The translations under genes and the position numbers were made by a program. Below are positions 17,502 to 26,337 of a stretch of 29,921 nt of DNA, one piece after another. Source of the DNA: Polyangia bacterium (lineage in GTDB: Bacteria > Myxococcota_A > Polyangia > JAAYKL01); NCBI GenBank assembly GCA_050287845.1, contig JBNKCR010000064.1:1-29921 (forward strand), written 5' to 3'. Positions within the stretch are counted from its first letter, which is position 1. Every line of letters begins with the position of its first letter. The notes under the pieces were generated by a model. That model searched no databases and was not told the origin of the DNA. It saw nothing but the letters and a program-made list of their open reading frames with translations.

Positions 17502-18533
17502 TTAAAACTCCATACCAAATAAGCCCCCAGCGAATCCGGAGGAAAAGGTGGGCAGCACTGAAACAGAAGACGCGGATTCCCGTTTTTTCCGTCGATGCAG
17601 CAAAAGCAGAACGCCACCGGTTGTCGCCAGGACGCCACCAGCGATAAAAAGAATATCTGTGGCAACCGGCAAGGAATCCAGACGGTCGCGATCGCTTTCG
17701 CGAGATAAGGGACAACCCGTGTCTCGGCAAATGGGATCCAGTTCGTTTCGCAACGATAAAGTAACTATACCTGTGACGATACCAGCGGTCAACGTGGCCA
17801 GACCGGTGCCCAGAGTTACCCAGCCGGCAATTTTCAATGGTTGCCCCGGGGACTTTGTATCATCCGCAGGTGAATCGGGTTGAACCGCGGGTGGAACTGC
17901 GGGTGGATTCTCCAGATTGCCGGCGCTCTCCGAATTGTCAGTAGAAACGTCGCCACCTGACTCGTCTATACGCAGGGTTTTGGTCTCCTGCCCATTGACC
18001 AGTACGGTTCGCGTCAGGATTGCTTCTCCCTGCCATAGAATTTCCAGTTTGTGCTCAATGCTGGCGGTAATCAAAACTGGACCGGGAAGAGGACATACAC
18101 CTCGCTTAATGCCGTCAATGTACAACTCGTAGCCTGCCGGTGCGCCGATCTCCACTGCCCCGACAATTTTCTGGAACTGTTCCACCTCTCTGACAACATC
18201 CATCCGTCGCTGTTCCGATATGTCATCACCACCGAGTACCAGATATCGTTCGAACGCTTCAAGGGCGAGTCCGTATCGTTTGGCCGCGGCCTCGCTCTGC
18301 CCCAGGTTGTACAGAATCCGCCAGTTGGGACGCAATTCATTGGCACGTCGAAACGCTTCGGCAGCCTCAATGAACTGATTGTTACTGAACTGGGTTTTGC
18401 CTTCCGCATACGCCGCCGCAGCTTCCTCGTTTTCCTTATCTGATTCATCCGCAGATGCCGGTTTGCCCATAGATATGAGCATGCAAAATGCGATGGAGCT
18501 GACAGCAGCCAAATTTGAAGTGCGATACTTCAT
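17502..18533 (-). CDS. TPR + PEGA-like protein with C-terminal membrane segments
   Basis: RBS GGAGGG, signal peptide, TPR (AAEAFRRANELRPNWRILYNLGQ...ALEAFERYL), PEGA-like PAGYELYIDG, Pro-rich linker and hydrophobic C-terminus. Confidence 0.87.
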   Translation of the reverse strand: MKYRTSNLAAVSSIAFCMLISMGKPASADESDKENEEAAAAYAEGKTQFSNNQFIEAAEAFRRANELRPNWRILYNLGQSEAAAKRYGLALEAFERYLVLGGDDISEQRRMDVVREVEQFQKIVGAVEIGAPAGYELYIDGIKRGVCPLPGPVLITASIEHKLEILWQGEAILTRTVLVNGQETKTLRIDESGGDVSTDNSESAGNLENPPAVPPAVQPDSPADDTKSPGQPLKIAGWVTLGTGLATLTAGIVTGIVTLSLRNELDPICRDTGCPLSRESDRDRLDSLPVATDILFIAGGVLATTGGVLLLLHRRKKRESASSVSVLPTFSSGFAGGLFGMEF

Positions 18534-18556
18534 GTTACCCTCCATATAGTTAGACA

Positions 18557-18585
18557 ATATTAAACTTATATATAATATGATTCAA
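18557..18585 (-). promoter_or_regulatory. sigma70-like promoter of the TPR/PEGA-lipoprotein operon
   Basis: Minus strand TTGAAT (18585-18580)-N17-TAATAT (18562-18557) in an AT-rich patch just upstream of the RBS. Confidence 0.55.
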
Positions 18586-18635
18586 GCTCAGAAGGAAGTT
18601 GACGCATACAGGCCATTTGCCACAGGCCATCGCAA

Positions 18636-18765
18636 GAGTGTCTGTGAACGAAATAACGCCCATATTGAACTGTGTCCGGACAGCGACTTGCATGGTGGCG
18701 CACACTTCAAGGTAACGGTACCTGTTGTGAACGACTTTCCCTACCACAACCACAACATGCTATAG
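18636..18765 (+). pseudogene. Displaced duplicate of the histidine kinase 3' end (direct repeat, copy 2)
   Basis: Encodes SVCERNNAHIELCPDSDLHGGAHFKVTVPVVNDFPYHNHNML*, ~92% nt identity to 15498-15627. Confidence 0.9.
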
Positions 18766-18800
18766 TAAAAGCAGAAACGCTTTTTCATGGAGACACCATT

Positions 18801-19904
18801 ATGGATTTTCACGACATTCAGGCTCAACCCACTCCTCTGGATGAGGACTTTTTTTTCAGGCTGCCCAAAACGGACCTGCACGTGCATCTGGATGGATCCC
18901 TCCGATTGACCACCATTCTGGAGCTGGCGGAGCGGAATCGGGTGGATTTGGGGGCCGACACGATTGAGGGATTAATCGAACTCATCGGTCCCGGCAAACA
19001 CCACGCCTCCCTCCGGGACTATCTTCGGGGATTCGACATCACACTTCAGGTGATGCAGACCGAAGAAGCGCTTTACCGGACAGCCTATGAACTCGCCGAG
19101 GATGCGGCCAGAGAAAACATTCGATACATGGAGGTTCGCTACTCCCCCATTCTTCATACTCACGGTAAATTGTCCCTTGCTGCGATTCTCGAATCGGTGC
19201 TCGCCGGTCTCCGGGATGCGGAACGGGCCTTTGGTATCGAGAGCGGTGTCATTGTGTGCGGGATTCGCAACATTTCCCCCACGGTCAGTCTGCGTCTGGC
19301 TGAACTTGCCGCGGCGTTCAAAAACCGGGGCGTAGTGGGATTTGACCTCGCGGGTGCTGAATACAACAATCCCGCCAAAGATCATCTGGATGCGTTTGCG
19401 CTCATTCTGTCAAACAATGTGAACGTCACCATTCACGCCGGTGAAGCGTACGGTCCCGACAGCATCCATCAGGCGGTACATTACTGCGGCGCTCATCGCA
19501 TCGGTCACGGCACCCGACTCCGGGAGGATGGCGATTTGCTCAATTATGTGAATGACCATCGTATTCCCCTGGAAGTTTGCCTCTCCAGCAACGTGCAGAC
19601 CAGCACGGTCGAGAACCTGGACCGCCATCCGTTTAAATTTTATCTCGATCTCGGATTGCGGGTCACACTCAATACCGACAACAGGCTGATTACCAATACC
19701 ACCATGACCCGGGAGTATATGCTGGCCCATCAGCACTTCGAATTCAAGCCGCGGGACATTCTGGATATTGCCATTCACGGCGCCAAGTCCACCTTCATGC
19801 CCTACGATCGGAAGAAAACATTTATCCGACAGATTAAAAGCGAGGTGAAACAGCTCCTTGTAGAACAGGCAATAAAGAGCGCACCACCTGCCGAAAACAT
19901 CTGA
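18801..19904 (+). CDS. add: Adenosine deaminase
   Basis: LPKTDLHVHLDGS, VVGFDLAG, HAGE, RIGHG and NTDN. RBS GGAG precedes the ATG at 18801. Confidence 0.92.
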   Translation: MDFHDIQAQPTPLDEDFFFRLPKTDLHVHLDGSLRLTTILELAERNRVDLGADTIEGLIELIGPGKHHASLRDYLRGFDITLQVMQTEEALYRTAYELAEDAARENIRYMEVRYSPILHTHGKLSLAAILESVLAGLRDAERAFGIESGVIVCGIRNISPTVSLRLAELAAAFKNRGVVGFDLAGAEYNNPAKDHLDAFALILSNNVNVTIHAGEAYGPDSIHQAVHYCGAHRIGHGTRLREDGDLLNYVNDHRIPLEVCLSSNVQTSTVENLDRHPFKFYLDLGLRVTLNTDNRLITNTTMTREYMLAHQHFEFKPRDILDIAIHGAKSTFMPYDRKKTFIRQIKSEVKQLLVEQAIKSAPPAENI

Positions 19905-19959
19905 ACCGCCATAGATTCAGTCTATTGCCCGCAACGAAAAAAAAGAGTACGGTCCGGGC

Positions 19960-20955
19960 ATGAATGAGGAAGAAGCCAATCCATTTGATGAATTGAGGAG
20001 GCTGGGTGCAAAGCGGCTCGGCGAGCTGAAACTCCTGGGCGATGAACTGTTTCGGCATATGTCCCCCAAAGATCTGATCACCATGCTGTTTCCCCCTGCC
20101 CTCGGGCTGAACCTGTTGAAGGGAACCCTGAGTGGACGCACCTTTGAAGGCGAGGATTTCAACAACGACAACAATGACTGCCCGGCGCCGGAGCTGATGA
20201 AAGCTGCTCTGAACATGGCCCGCTGGTGGTCCACCCACTATTTTTCCACGCGAATCTATCATGTGGAGAACATTCCTGCGGACAGCCCGGCACTTATTGT
20301 GGGCAATCACAGCGCCGGGCTGATGCCCCTTGATGCCCTGTTTGCCATGAACGAAATCCGGGACACCCACGGTGAAGACCAGCGGGTGTATTCCCTGGTC
20401 CACGATTTTGCATATATGGCGCCCCGCATTGCGCGAGTGGCCAGACAGATGGGCGTGCTTCGGGCCAAACGGGAAAACGCCCTGGCCGCACTGGCGTCCG
20501 GCGGGCACGTCCTGGTATATCCGGGTGGTGATCAGGACGCATTCCGTACCTTTGCCGATCGCAAAAAAGTGGTACTGGCCGGTCGCCGGGGATTTATTCG
20601 CATTGCCCTTGAAGCCGGCGTTCCCATTGTGCCGCTGGTATCTGTGGGGCTGCACGAATCTTTTTTTGTGGTTTCAAAGGGGGAACGGATTGCGCAGAAA
20701 CTGGGCCTGAAAAAAATGCTTCGCACCGAAGTCATGCCATTTTCGCTGTCGTTCCCATGGGGGCTGGTACCTGCGTTTTTTCCGTTCATTCCGCTGCCCA
20801 CGGCCATTGAAATGGAATTCTGCAAACCAATAGAAGTTACAGGAAGCCCGGATGACGATAATCTGGTCAACCACATTTACACTCAGGTTGAAAATACGAT
20901 GCAGCAAAAAATGGATGAGCTGTACGAAAGCCGAACACCGCTTTTTGGTCGTTGA
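19960..20955 (+). CDS. Lysophospholipid/diacylglycerol acyltransferase family protein
   Basis: LIVGNHSAGLMPLD, VLVYPGG and GFIRIALEAGVPIVP. Confidence 0.88.
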   Translation: MNEEEANPFDELRRLGAKRLGELKLLGDELFRHMSPKDLITMLFPPALGLNLLKGTLSGRTFEGEDFNNDNNDCPAPELMKAALNMARWWSTHYFSTRIYHVENIPADSPALIVGNHSAGLMPLDALFAMNEIRDTHGEDQRVYSLVHDFAYMAPRIARVARQMGVLRAKRENALAALASGGHVLVYPGGDQDAFRTFADRKKVVLAGRRGFIRIALEAGVPIVPLVSVGLHESFFVVSKGERIAQKLGLKKMLRTEVMPFSLSFPWGLVPAFFPFIPLPTAIEMEFCKPIEVTGSPDDDNLVNHIYTQVENTMQQKMDELYESRTPLFGR

Positions 20956-21037
20956 ATCCGCGGGCCACGTTTGTTAGTGTCCCATCATTCAAAAAAATAA
21001 TCGAAAATAAAATAACCAACTGAAAAGGAATGGAAAC

Positions 21038-21553
21038 ATGGCAAATCCAACAGCAACGTGCGAAACGTCTCTCGGTACCTTCACGGTGGAACTCTACACC
21101 GATAAAATGCCCATCACTGCGGGCAATTTCATCAAGCTGGCCAAAGACGGCTTTTACGATGGACTCCATTTTCACCGGGTCATCGAAGGCTTCATGTGTC
21201 AGTTCGGCTGCCCCCACAGCAAAGACCCTAACAGCCGCATGGCAGGTACCGGTGGTCCCCCCCACGGCACCATCCAGGACGAGCATCCCGACGATGCAAA
21301 ATTCTCAAACGAGCCCGGCACGCTGTCCATGGCCAATACCGGTCGGCCCAACAGTGGTGGCTCCCAGTTTTTCATCAATACCGTACACAACAGTTATCTG
21401 GACTGGTTCACCGCCGGCCCGTCAAAGCATCCGGTATTCGGCAAAGTCGTTGAAGGTATGGACATCATCACCAGAATCGAAAAATGCCCCAAAGGCGCCG
21501 GCGACCGTCCCAATCCCCCGGTGCAGATGATTCAAGTCACCATCTCCGAGTAA
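21038..21553 (+). CDS. Cyclophilin-type peptidyl-prolyl cis-trans isomerase
   Basis: [31 protein letters not shown] and HPVFGKV. RBS AAGGA. Confidence 0.95.
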   Translation: MANPTATCETSLGTFTVELYTDKMPITAGNFIKLAKDGFYDGLHFHRVIEGFMCQFGCPHSKDPNSRMAGTGGPPHGTIQDEHPDDAKFSNEPGTLSMANTGRPNSGGSQFFINTVHNSYLDWFTAGPSKHPVFGKVVEGMDIITRIEKCPKGAGDRPNPPVQMIQVTISE

Positions 21554-21619
21554 CTGCTCCCTCATCTGCAGTTCCATACTGTTGACACGTTCCGCCTGCA
21601 CATGGGAACAAATCTCTGT

Positions 21620-22270
21620 TTATCGGGATTCGATCGTCAACAGCAGTTGATTGATCCGTCTGGCCAGCATGCGCTGACCTTTGCCGGTAAGATGCACGCC
21701 GTCGCTTCTGGGAAGTTCCCGGGAATCCACGAAATGAAAGTTTTCGTGCCGATTGCACATTTCCTGCTGGAATGTCCTGAATCCGGACGCATCCATATCC
21801 TCCCGCCAGATTCCCACCACAATCACTTCCGGCGTCCAGCCCGAACTGATGGTATTGATGATGGTCATCAGTTTCTGCTCGTAGTATGTTGGTGGCCCGC
21901 CCACCTTTTCACCCCCGCCAACATTCGCTTCGCCCTGAAACCATATGAAATACGGAAATGTTCGGCCATTGAGAAATGCCATATCCATGTCCAGCCAGCG
22001 ATACGGCGCTTCCAGCCAGTGTTGAATGGGCTGCCCGCCGTGATTTATCTGGTGGATGCTTTTTTGGGTTTCGTCCCGAATGGCCCTTGCCAGATCACTG
22101 TTGGCATTGGATTGCCCCATCATAAAGATATCCGGGTTTCCATGATATACGGTAGTTGTCAACGATCCACCCAAATGGTCATCGGTACAGCCGGATACAT
22201 AAGTCGATATCATTAACGCAAACGCGATACGGGACAACCACATCCAGAGGTGAGAAAACCGGGAACGCAT
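21620..22270 (-). CDS. SGNH/sialate O-acetylesterase (SASA)-like probable lipoprotein
   Basis: GQSNA, WFQGE and DGVH catalytic blocks, with lipobox VSGC. Confidence 0.82.
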   Translation of the reverse strand: MRSRFSHLWMWLSRIAFALMISTYVSGCTDDHLGGSLTTTVYHGNPDIFMMGQSNANSDLARAIRDETQKSIHQINHGGQPIQHWLEAPYRWLDMDMAFLNGRTFPYFIWFQGEANVGGGEKVGGPPTYYEQKLMTIINTISSGWTPEVIVVGIWREDMDASGFRTFQQEMCNRHENFHFVDSRELPRSDGVHLTGKGQRMLARRINQLLLTIESR

Positions 22271-22566
22271 ACCATTGCCATACCCGACACGCCGGCAATC
22301 TTCAATTCGGGAACGCAGCGGCAGAAAAAAAAATCGCGTCACAAAAAAATGACACTTTCGTCGGTTCTTTTTTTTCATCTTTCAAGTTTCAGTATTTGTT
22401 TTAAAATTTATTTTTATTGAATTTTTCATTTGCCCTGCTCTCCCGTTCCCCTACATTTATCAGCTCGACCCGATGCCGGGTTTGCAAAGCCCCGCATCTC
22501 GCGTTCCATCGACCTGATGCCCGGTATATGGCTACCTGGCACGCTGAACCAAGAAGGGGGAATCAC

Positions 22567-24531
22567 ATGGTCAAAAACACCTTAATTGCGATGTTGTCAG
22601 CAGGTATCCTGAGTGTCTTTTCAACGGGATGCGGCCTCATTAATGATGTCGCAGAGGCAATGGACTCGGAGACGGCCACCAATACATCCCAGACCGGAGA
22701 CACGGCAACCAATCCGACCGGTGACACGTCACAGGCCAATACGACAGATCCGACCGGCATCGGGACGGACTCCAACAATCCGGGGACATTGATGCTCTGC
22801 GTCAGCAACGAGAACTGTGACCCCGGCATGGTGTGCGAGCTGGAAACCACCACCAATCAGCACATCTGCGTATGGCCCGGGGGAACCGACCCCGGGATGG
22901 GCTGCGCCGGAGACCAGGACTGCGGTCCCGGAATGATATGTGTGTGGGATCAGATGGCACAGCACACGATATGTATCTCGCCCACTGTGACCGACCCCAA
23001 CAAGGCCTGCGCCGGCGACTATGATTGTGATCCGGGAATGATTTGTATCTGGGATCAGATGGCACAGCACAACGCCTGTGTATGGCCCCAGGTGGACCCG
23101 AATCAGGCGTGCACGATGGACACCGATTGCAGCCCCGGGATGAAATGCATCTGGGATCAGATGGTGCAGCATAATGTGTGTATCTGGCCCCAGGTGGACC
23201 CCAATGAGGTATGCACGATGGATTCGGACTGTGATCCGGGAATGATTTGCACCTGGGATCAGATGGTACAACGCAATGTATGTATCTGGCCCCAGGTGAC
23301 CCCCGGAAATGCGTGCAACATAGACGCCGATTGCGGTCCGGGGATGGTCTGCGCATTCGATCAGATGGCACAGCGCAATGCCTGCATCTGGCCCATGCAG
23401 GGCGACGCGGTGCCCTGTTACGATGAGTCCAACTGCGAACCGGGAATGGCCTGTCTCTGGGATGAAGCCTACAGAACCAATGTATGCGTCTGGCCCGCGG
23501 GAGAAACCACTGAACCGTGCTTCAATGGCGTCATCTGCGAACCGGGACAAATCTGTATTTTTGACAATATGTTCATGCACAATGTCTGTTTATGGCCCGT
23601 TGAAAACGACCTGAAGCCCTGCATCGATGTTTCCAGCTGCAAGCCGGGCATGGCGTGCGTGTGGGACGAAGCCGTGATGACCAATGTGTGCATCTGGCCC
23701 GCCGGGGGAATTGATGCGCCCTGTTTTGACGCCACCAACTGTCAACCGGGGATGATGTGTGTCTGGGATGACAGGCTACAGAATGACGTCTGTAAATGGC
23801 CGGACATTGGTATCGAACAACCCTGCGCTGATGACAGTTCATGCGGTGCGGAGCTGGTCTGCAGGTGGGATGAAAAGCTGCAGGGCAATTTCTGCCGACT
23901 GCCGGTTGGCGGATTGCATCAACCCTGTTACTCGGATTACACCTGCAATGATAATCTCACATGCATCTCCGATGACTCGTTGCCCGAATCGCCCTATGTA
24001 TGTGTACTCCCCACTGCCGGCGGCGATATGTGCGACAGCGCGAATCCCTGTGCTCCCGGTTGGTTCTGCAATGACGATGGCATCTGCGAAGCCCTGCCTT
24101 CCGTGGTGGGAGAAGACTGTTTCGCTTCCGGTGAGTGCATCGGCGACCTGCGATGCGTGGATACCGCGTTCCACGATTTTACCGCCTGTTCACCGGACAG
24201 CACGGCCTGCTGTGTGGAAACCGGCAACCTCAAACAGCCATGCCGCAAGGACTGGACCTGTAACGAAGGTTTGACCTGTTTCGCTGCCGGTCAGGCGGGC
24301 ATCTGTCTGGAACCGCTGATGCGGTGCGGTGCGGATATGCCGTGCGATGAAGGACTGCAATGTGTAACGGCCGAGATGACAGGCGACATGTACTGCGTGC
24401 CGGCGGGAAGTGAAAAACAACCATGCCGATTGCCGGACAATACTTGCGACGCGGGGCTCGCATGCGTGAACGATCCGATGAAATGCTTCCCCTTCAACAA
24501 CGGTATGTCAGATTGTTGTCTGCCTGAATAA
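22567..24531 (+). CDS. Cysteine-rich tandem-repeat lipoprotein
   Basis: RBS AAGGGGG, lipobox STGC, Thr-rich linker, 11 regular four-Cys repeats, then less regular Cys modules. Confidence 0.88.
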   Translation: MVKNTLIAMLSAGILSVFSTGCGLINDVAEAMDSETATNTSQTGDTATNPTGDTSQANTTDPTGIGTDSNNPGTLMLCVSNENCDPGMVCELETTTNQHICVWPGGTDPGMGCAGDQDCGPGMICVWDQMAQHTICISPTVTDPNKACAGDYDCDPGMICIWDQMAQHNACVWPQVDPNQACTMDTDCSPGMKCIWDQMVQHNVCIWPQVDPNEVCTMDSDCDPGMICTWDQMVQRNVCIWPQVTPGNACNIDADCGPGMVCAFDQMAQRNACIWPMQGDAVPCYDESNCEPGMACLWDEAYRTNVCVWPAGETTEPCFNGVICEPGQICIFDNMFMHNVCLWPVENDLKPCIDVSSCKPGMACVWDEAVMTNVCIWPAGGIDAPCFDATNCQPGMMCVWDDRLQNDVCKWPDIGIEQPCADDSSCGAELVCRWDEKLQGNFCRLPVGGLHQPCYSDYTCNDNLTCISDDSLPESPYVCVLPTAGGDMCDSANPCAPGWFCNDDGICEALPSVVGEDCFASGECIGDLRCVDTAFHDFTACSPDSTACCVETGNLKQPCRKDWTCNEGLTCFAAGQAGICLEPLMRCGADMPCDEGLQCVTAEMTGDMYCVPAGSEKQPCRLPDNTCDAGLACVNDPMKCFPFNNGMSDCCLPE

Positions 24532-24614
24532 CCGGACTCTCTCCCAGCGCTTTCCGCGCAGCACCCCGCGCAGCCTTCCACCGGAATAGACCCCGCTGAC
24601 CGGACGAAACTGTT

Positions 24615-25019
24615 CTACTGGCGCACCAACCATTCGTAGGCGGCATCCACCTCATTAAAGCTGTTGATCGTCAGTTGCTGTGCCAGCTTTGGAATCTGCA
24701 ATATCCGGTTCATCGCCATTTGGCCGATGGCCTTTGAAGGAAGCACTATCGCCCAGCATTTCCACCCTGCTTCGAACGCCCGGTCAGACCATTCACTATT
24801 CATCCACGCCCGCTCTTCTCTGGGAATCGCTACATTTTTTTTGTCGTCGGATAACCATTTGATTGCCGAATGTGTCTTCATGATTTCAAGGCCCTTCAGC
24901 AGGCACTCCCGAAATGGTTCCCCAAACACGTACTGATGAAACTCATGATGCACAATTTTCGTATCCTCATGGTATTTCAGCGTTACAAACTCGTTTCTCA
25001 GAATGACCAATTCGCCCAT
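24615..25019 (-). CDS. Small hypothetical protein, SpoIIAA/STAS-SEC14-like
   Basis: RBS GAGGTG, KWLSDD, WAIVLP and terminal F..VDAAYEWL pattern. Confidence 0.72.
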   Translation of the reverse strand: MGELVILRNEFVTLKYHEDTKIVHHEFHQYVFGEPFRECLLKGLEIMKTHSAIKWLSDDKKNVAIPREERAWMNSEWSDRAFEAGWKCWAIVLPSKAIGQMAMNRILQIPKLAQQLTINSFNEVDAAYEWLVRQ

Positions 25020-25222
25020 TGCATTCACCTCGCAACAATTTCTATAAAATCTGCGCGACAATATGCCACGATTTTTTCGCACTATCAACCGAACCATCCG
25101 GAATACGCAACACGGGCAACTGAAAACTGTCAACGGATTGCCACCACAATAACTCAATTTTTTCTGCACCTTTTTCTACCGGAGTCCGAGTGGAGACTCC
25201 ATTTCAACAAAAGGGGATGCAT

Positions 25223-26164
25223 ATGGACAATGATGGCAGTTACAAACGAATTTTCTCCGAGCCCAAAATGATTGAGGATCTGTTGACCGGTTTCATCCGG
25301 CAGGATTGGATAAAAGAGATTGATTTCTCCTCTCTTGAACAGGTGAAGGCCGAGTACATCAGTGACAACTGGGACAGACGGTTGAATGATACGGTATGGC
25401 GCGTGAAACTTCGAAACTCCTGGGTGTACGTCTGCATCATGATTGAATTTCAAAGTTGTCCGGACAGATTCATGCCGCTACGCATACTTACCTACACCGG
25501 GCTGTTGTACGAGACATTTGTCAGAAGCGGTGATTTGCTCCCCAACGGTAAATTGCCTCCGGTGCTTCCCGTGGTGCTCTATAACGGGAAACCGAAGTGG
25601 ACCTGTTCCAACAACATTTCTGATTTGATTGAGCATATTTCATGTGATCTCGATAAATATCTGCCGCATTCATCATTTCTGCTTATCGATGAAGGCAATA
25701 TGGAAATAAATGGACAGATTTCACCTGCGATGCGTGAATCCCGAAATCTGGTAGCGGCACTTTTTGCCCTTGAAAATGCGGCCAATAAACGTGCTATACT
25801 CAACGTGGTTGACGAAATGCTGCAATGGTTGAAACTGCCAGAACAGCAATCGCTCTCCCGGGCGCTGGCGGGATGGTTTGATCGTGTATTGCGCCCGTCC
25901 AGAAAAAATATGAACGATATCCCCGCATTCGCGGATTTAACGGAGGTCAGTACGATGCTTCGGGAAACAGTACAAGGTTGGTACGAAGAGGCCGAGCGAA
26001 AAGGCCTGGCTGCCGGCATAGAAAAAGGGATGGAGAAAGGGATGGAGAAAGGGATGGAGAAAGAAAAGGTTCAAATCGCCTGCGCCATGAAGGCCGCCAA
26101 TGAACCGGTTGAAAAAATTGAAAAATATACTGGTCTGAGTAAAGAGATTATCGAAAAGCTGTAA
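25223..26164 (+). CDS. Rpn family (YhgA-like) PD-(D/E)XK nuclease
   Basis: DGSYKRIFS, RLNDTVWRV, IEFQS, MPLRILTY, LPPVLPVVLYNG and a C-terminal (GMEK)n...TGLS tail. Confidence 0.92.
   Translation: MDNDGSYKRIFSEPKMIEDLLTGFIRQDWIKEIDFSSLEQVKAEYISDNWDRRLNDTVWRVKLRNSWVYVCIMIEFQSCPDRFMPLRILTYTGLLYETFVRSGDLLPNGKLPPVLPVVLYNGKPKWTCSNNISDLIEHISCDLDKYLPHSSFLLIDEGNMEINGQISPAMRESRNLVAALFALENAANKRAILNVVDEMLQWLKLPEQQSLSRALAGWFDRVLRPSRKNMNDIPAFADLTEVSTMLRETVQGWYEEAERKGLAAGIEKGMEKGMEKGMEKEKVQIACAMKAANEPVEKIEKYTGLSKEIIEKL
25770..25800 (+). promoter_or_regulatory. Candidate intragenic promoter for the small Rpn product
   Basis: Extended -10 TGcTATACT (25792-25800), with TTGAAA at 25770-25775 (19-nt spacer). 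Confidence 0.4.
25955..26164 (+). CDS. Nested in-frame small Rpn protein (69 aa), putative antitoxin
   Basis: GGAGG at 25942-25946, 8 nt before the in-frame ATG at 25955. Covers exactly the C-terminal repeat domain. Confidence 0.65.
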   Translation: MLRETVQGWYEEAERKGLAAGIEKGMEKGMEKGMEKEKVQIACAMKAANEPVEKIEKYTGLSKEIIEKL

Positions 26165-26313
26165 TTTCATTTTTTGTCGCTATTCCACAAAATCAATAAT
26201 CGATACCATTTTTTCAGATATATGTTTTCCGCTTTTCGCTACATTTCCACTGCCGTCAATCATCAATCGTCACCCTCTTTTTTCTTCCTGTTTGTCCCTT
26301 CTGCGCGTTGTGA

Positions 26314-26337
26314 TATACCATACATATGTATGGTATA
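26314..26337. promoter_or_regulatory. Perfect 24-bp palindrome centred on the dnaE2 start codon; candidate operator
   Basis: TATACCATACAT|ATGTATGGTATA. The palindrome is certain; its function is inferred. Confidence 0.6.

Noticed and set aside
433..18765. Diversity-generating retroelement (TR/VR pairs at 433/1775 or 15498/18636, DUF1566 as target)
   Set aside because: Mismatches are not confined to adenines in either copy, no reverse transcriptase is present, and the DUF1566 gene end has no duplicate in the window.
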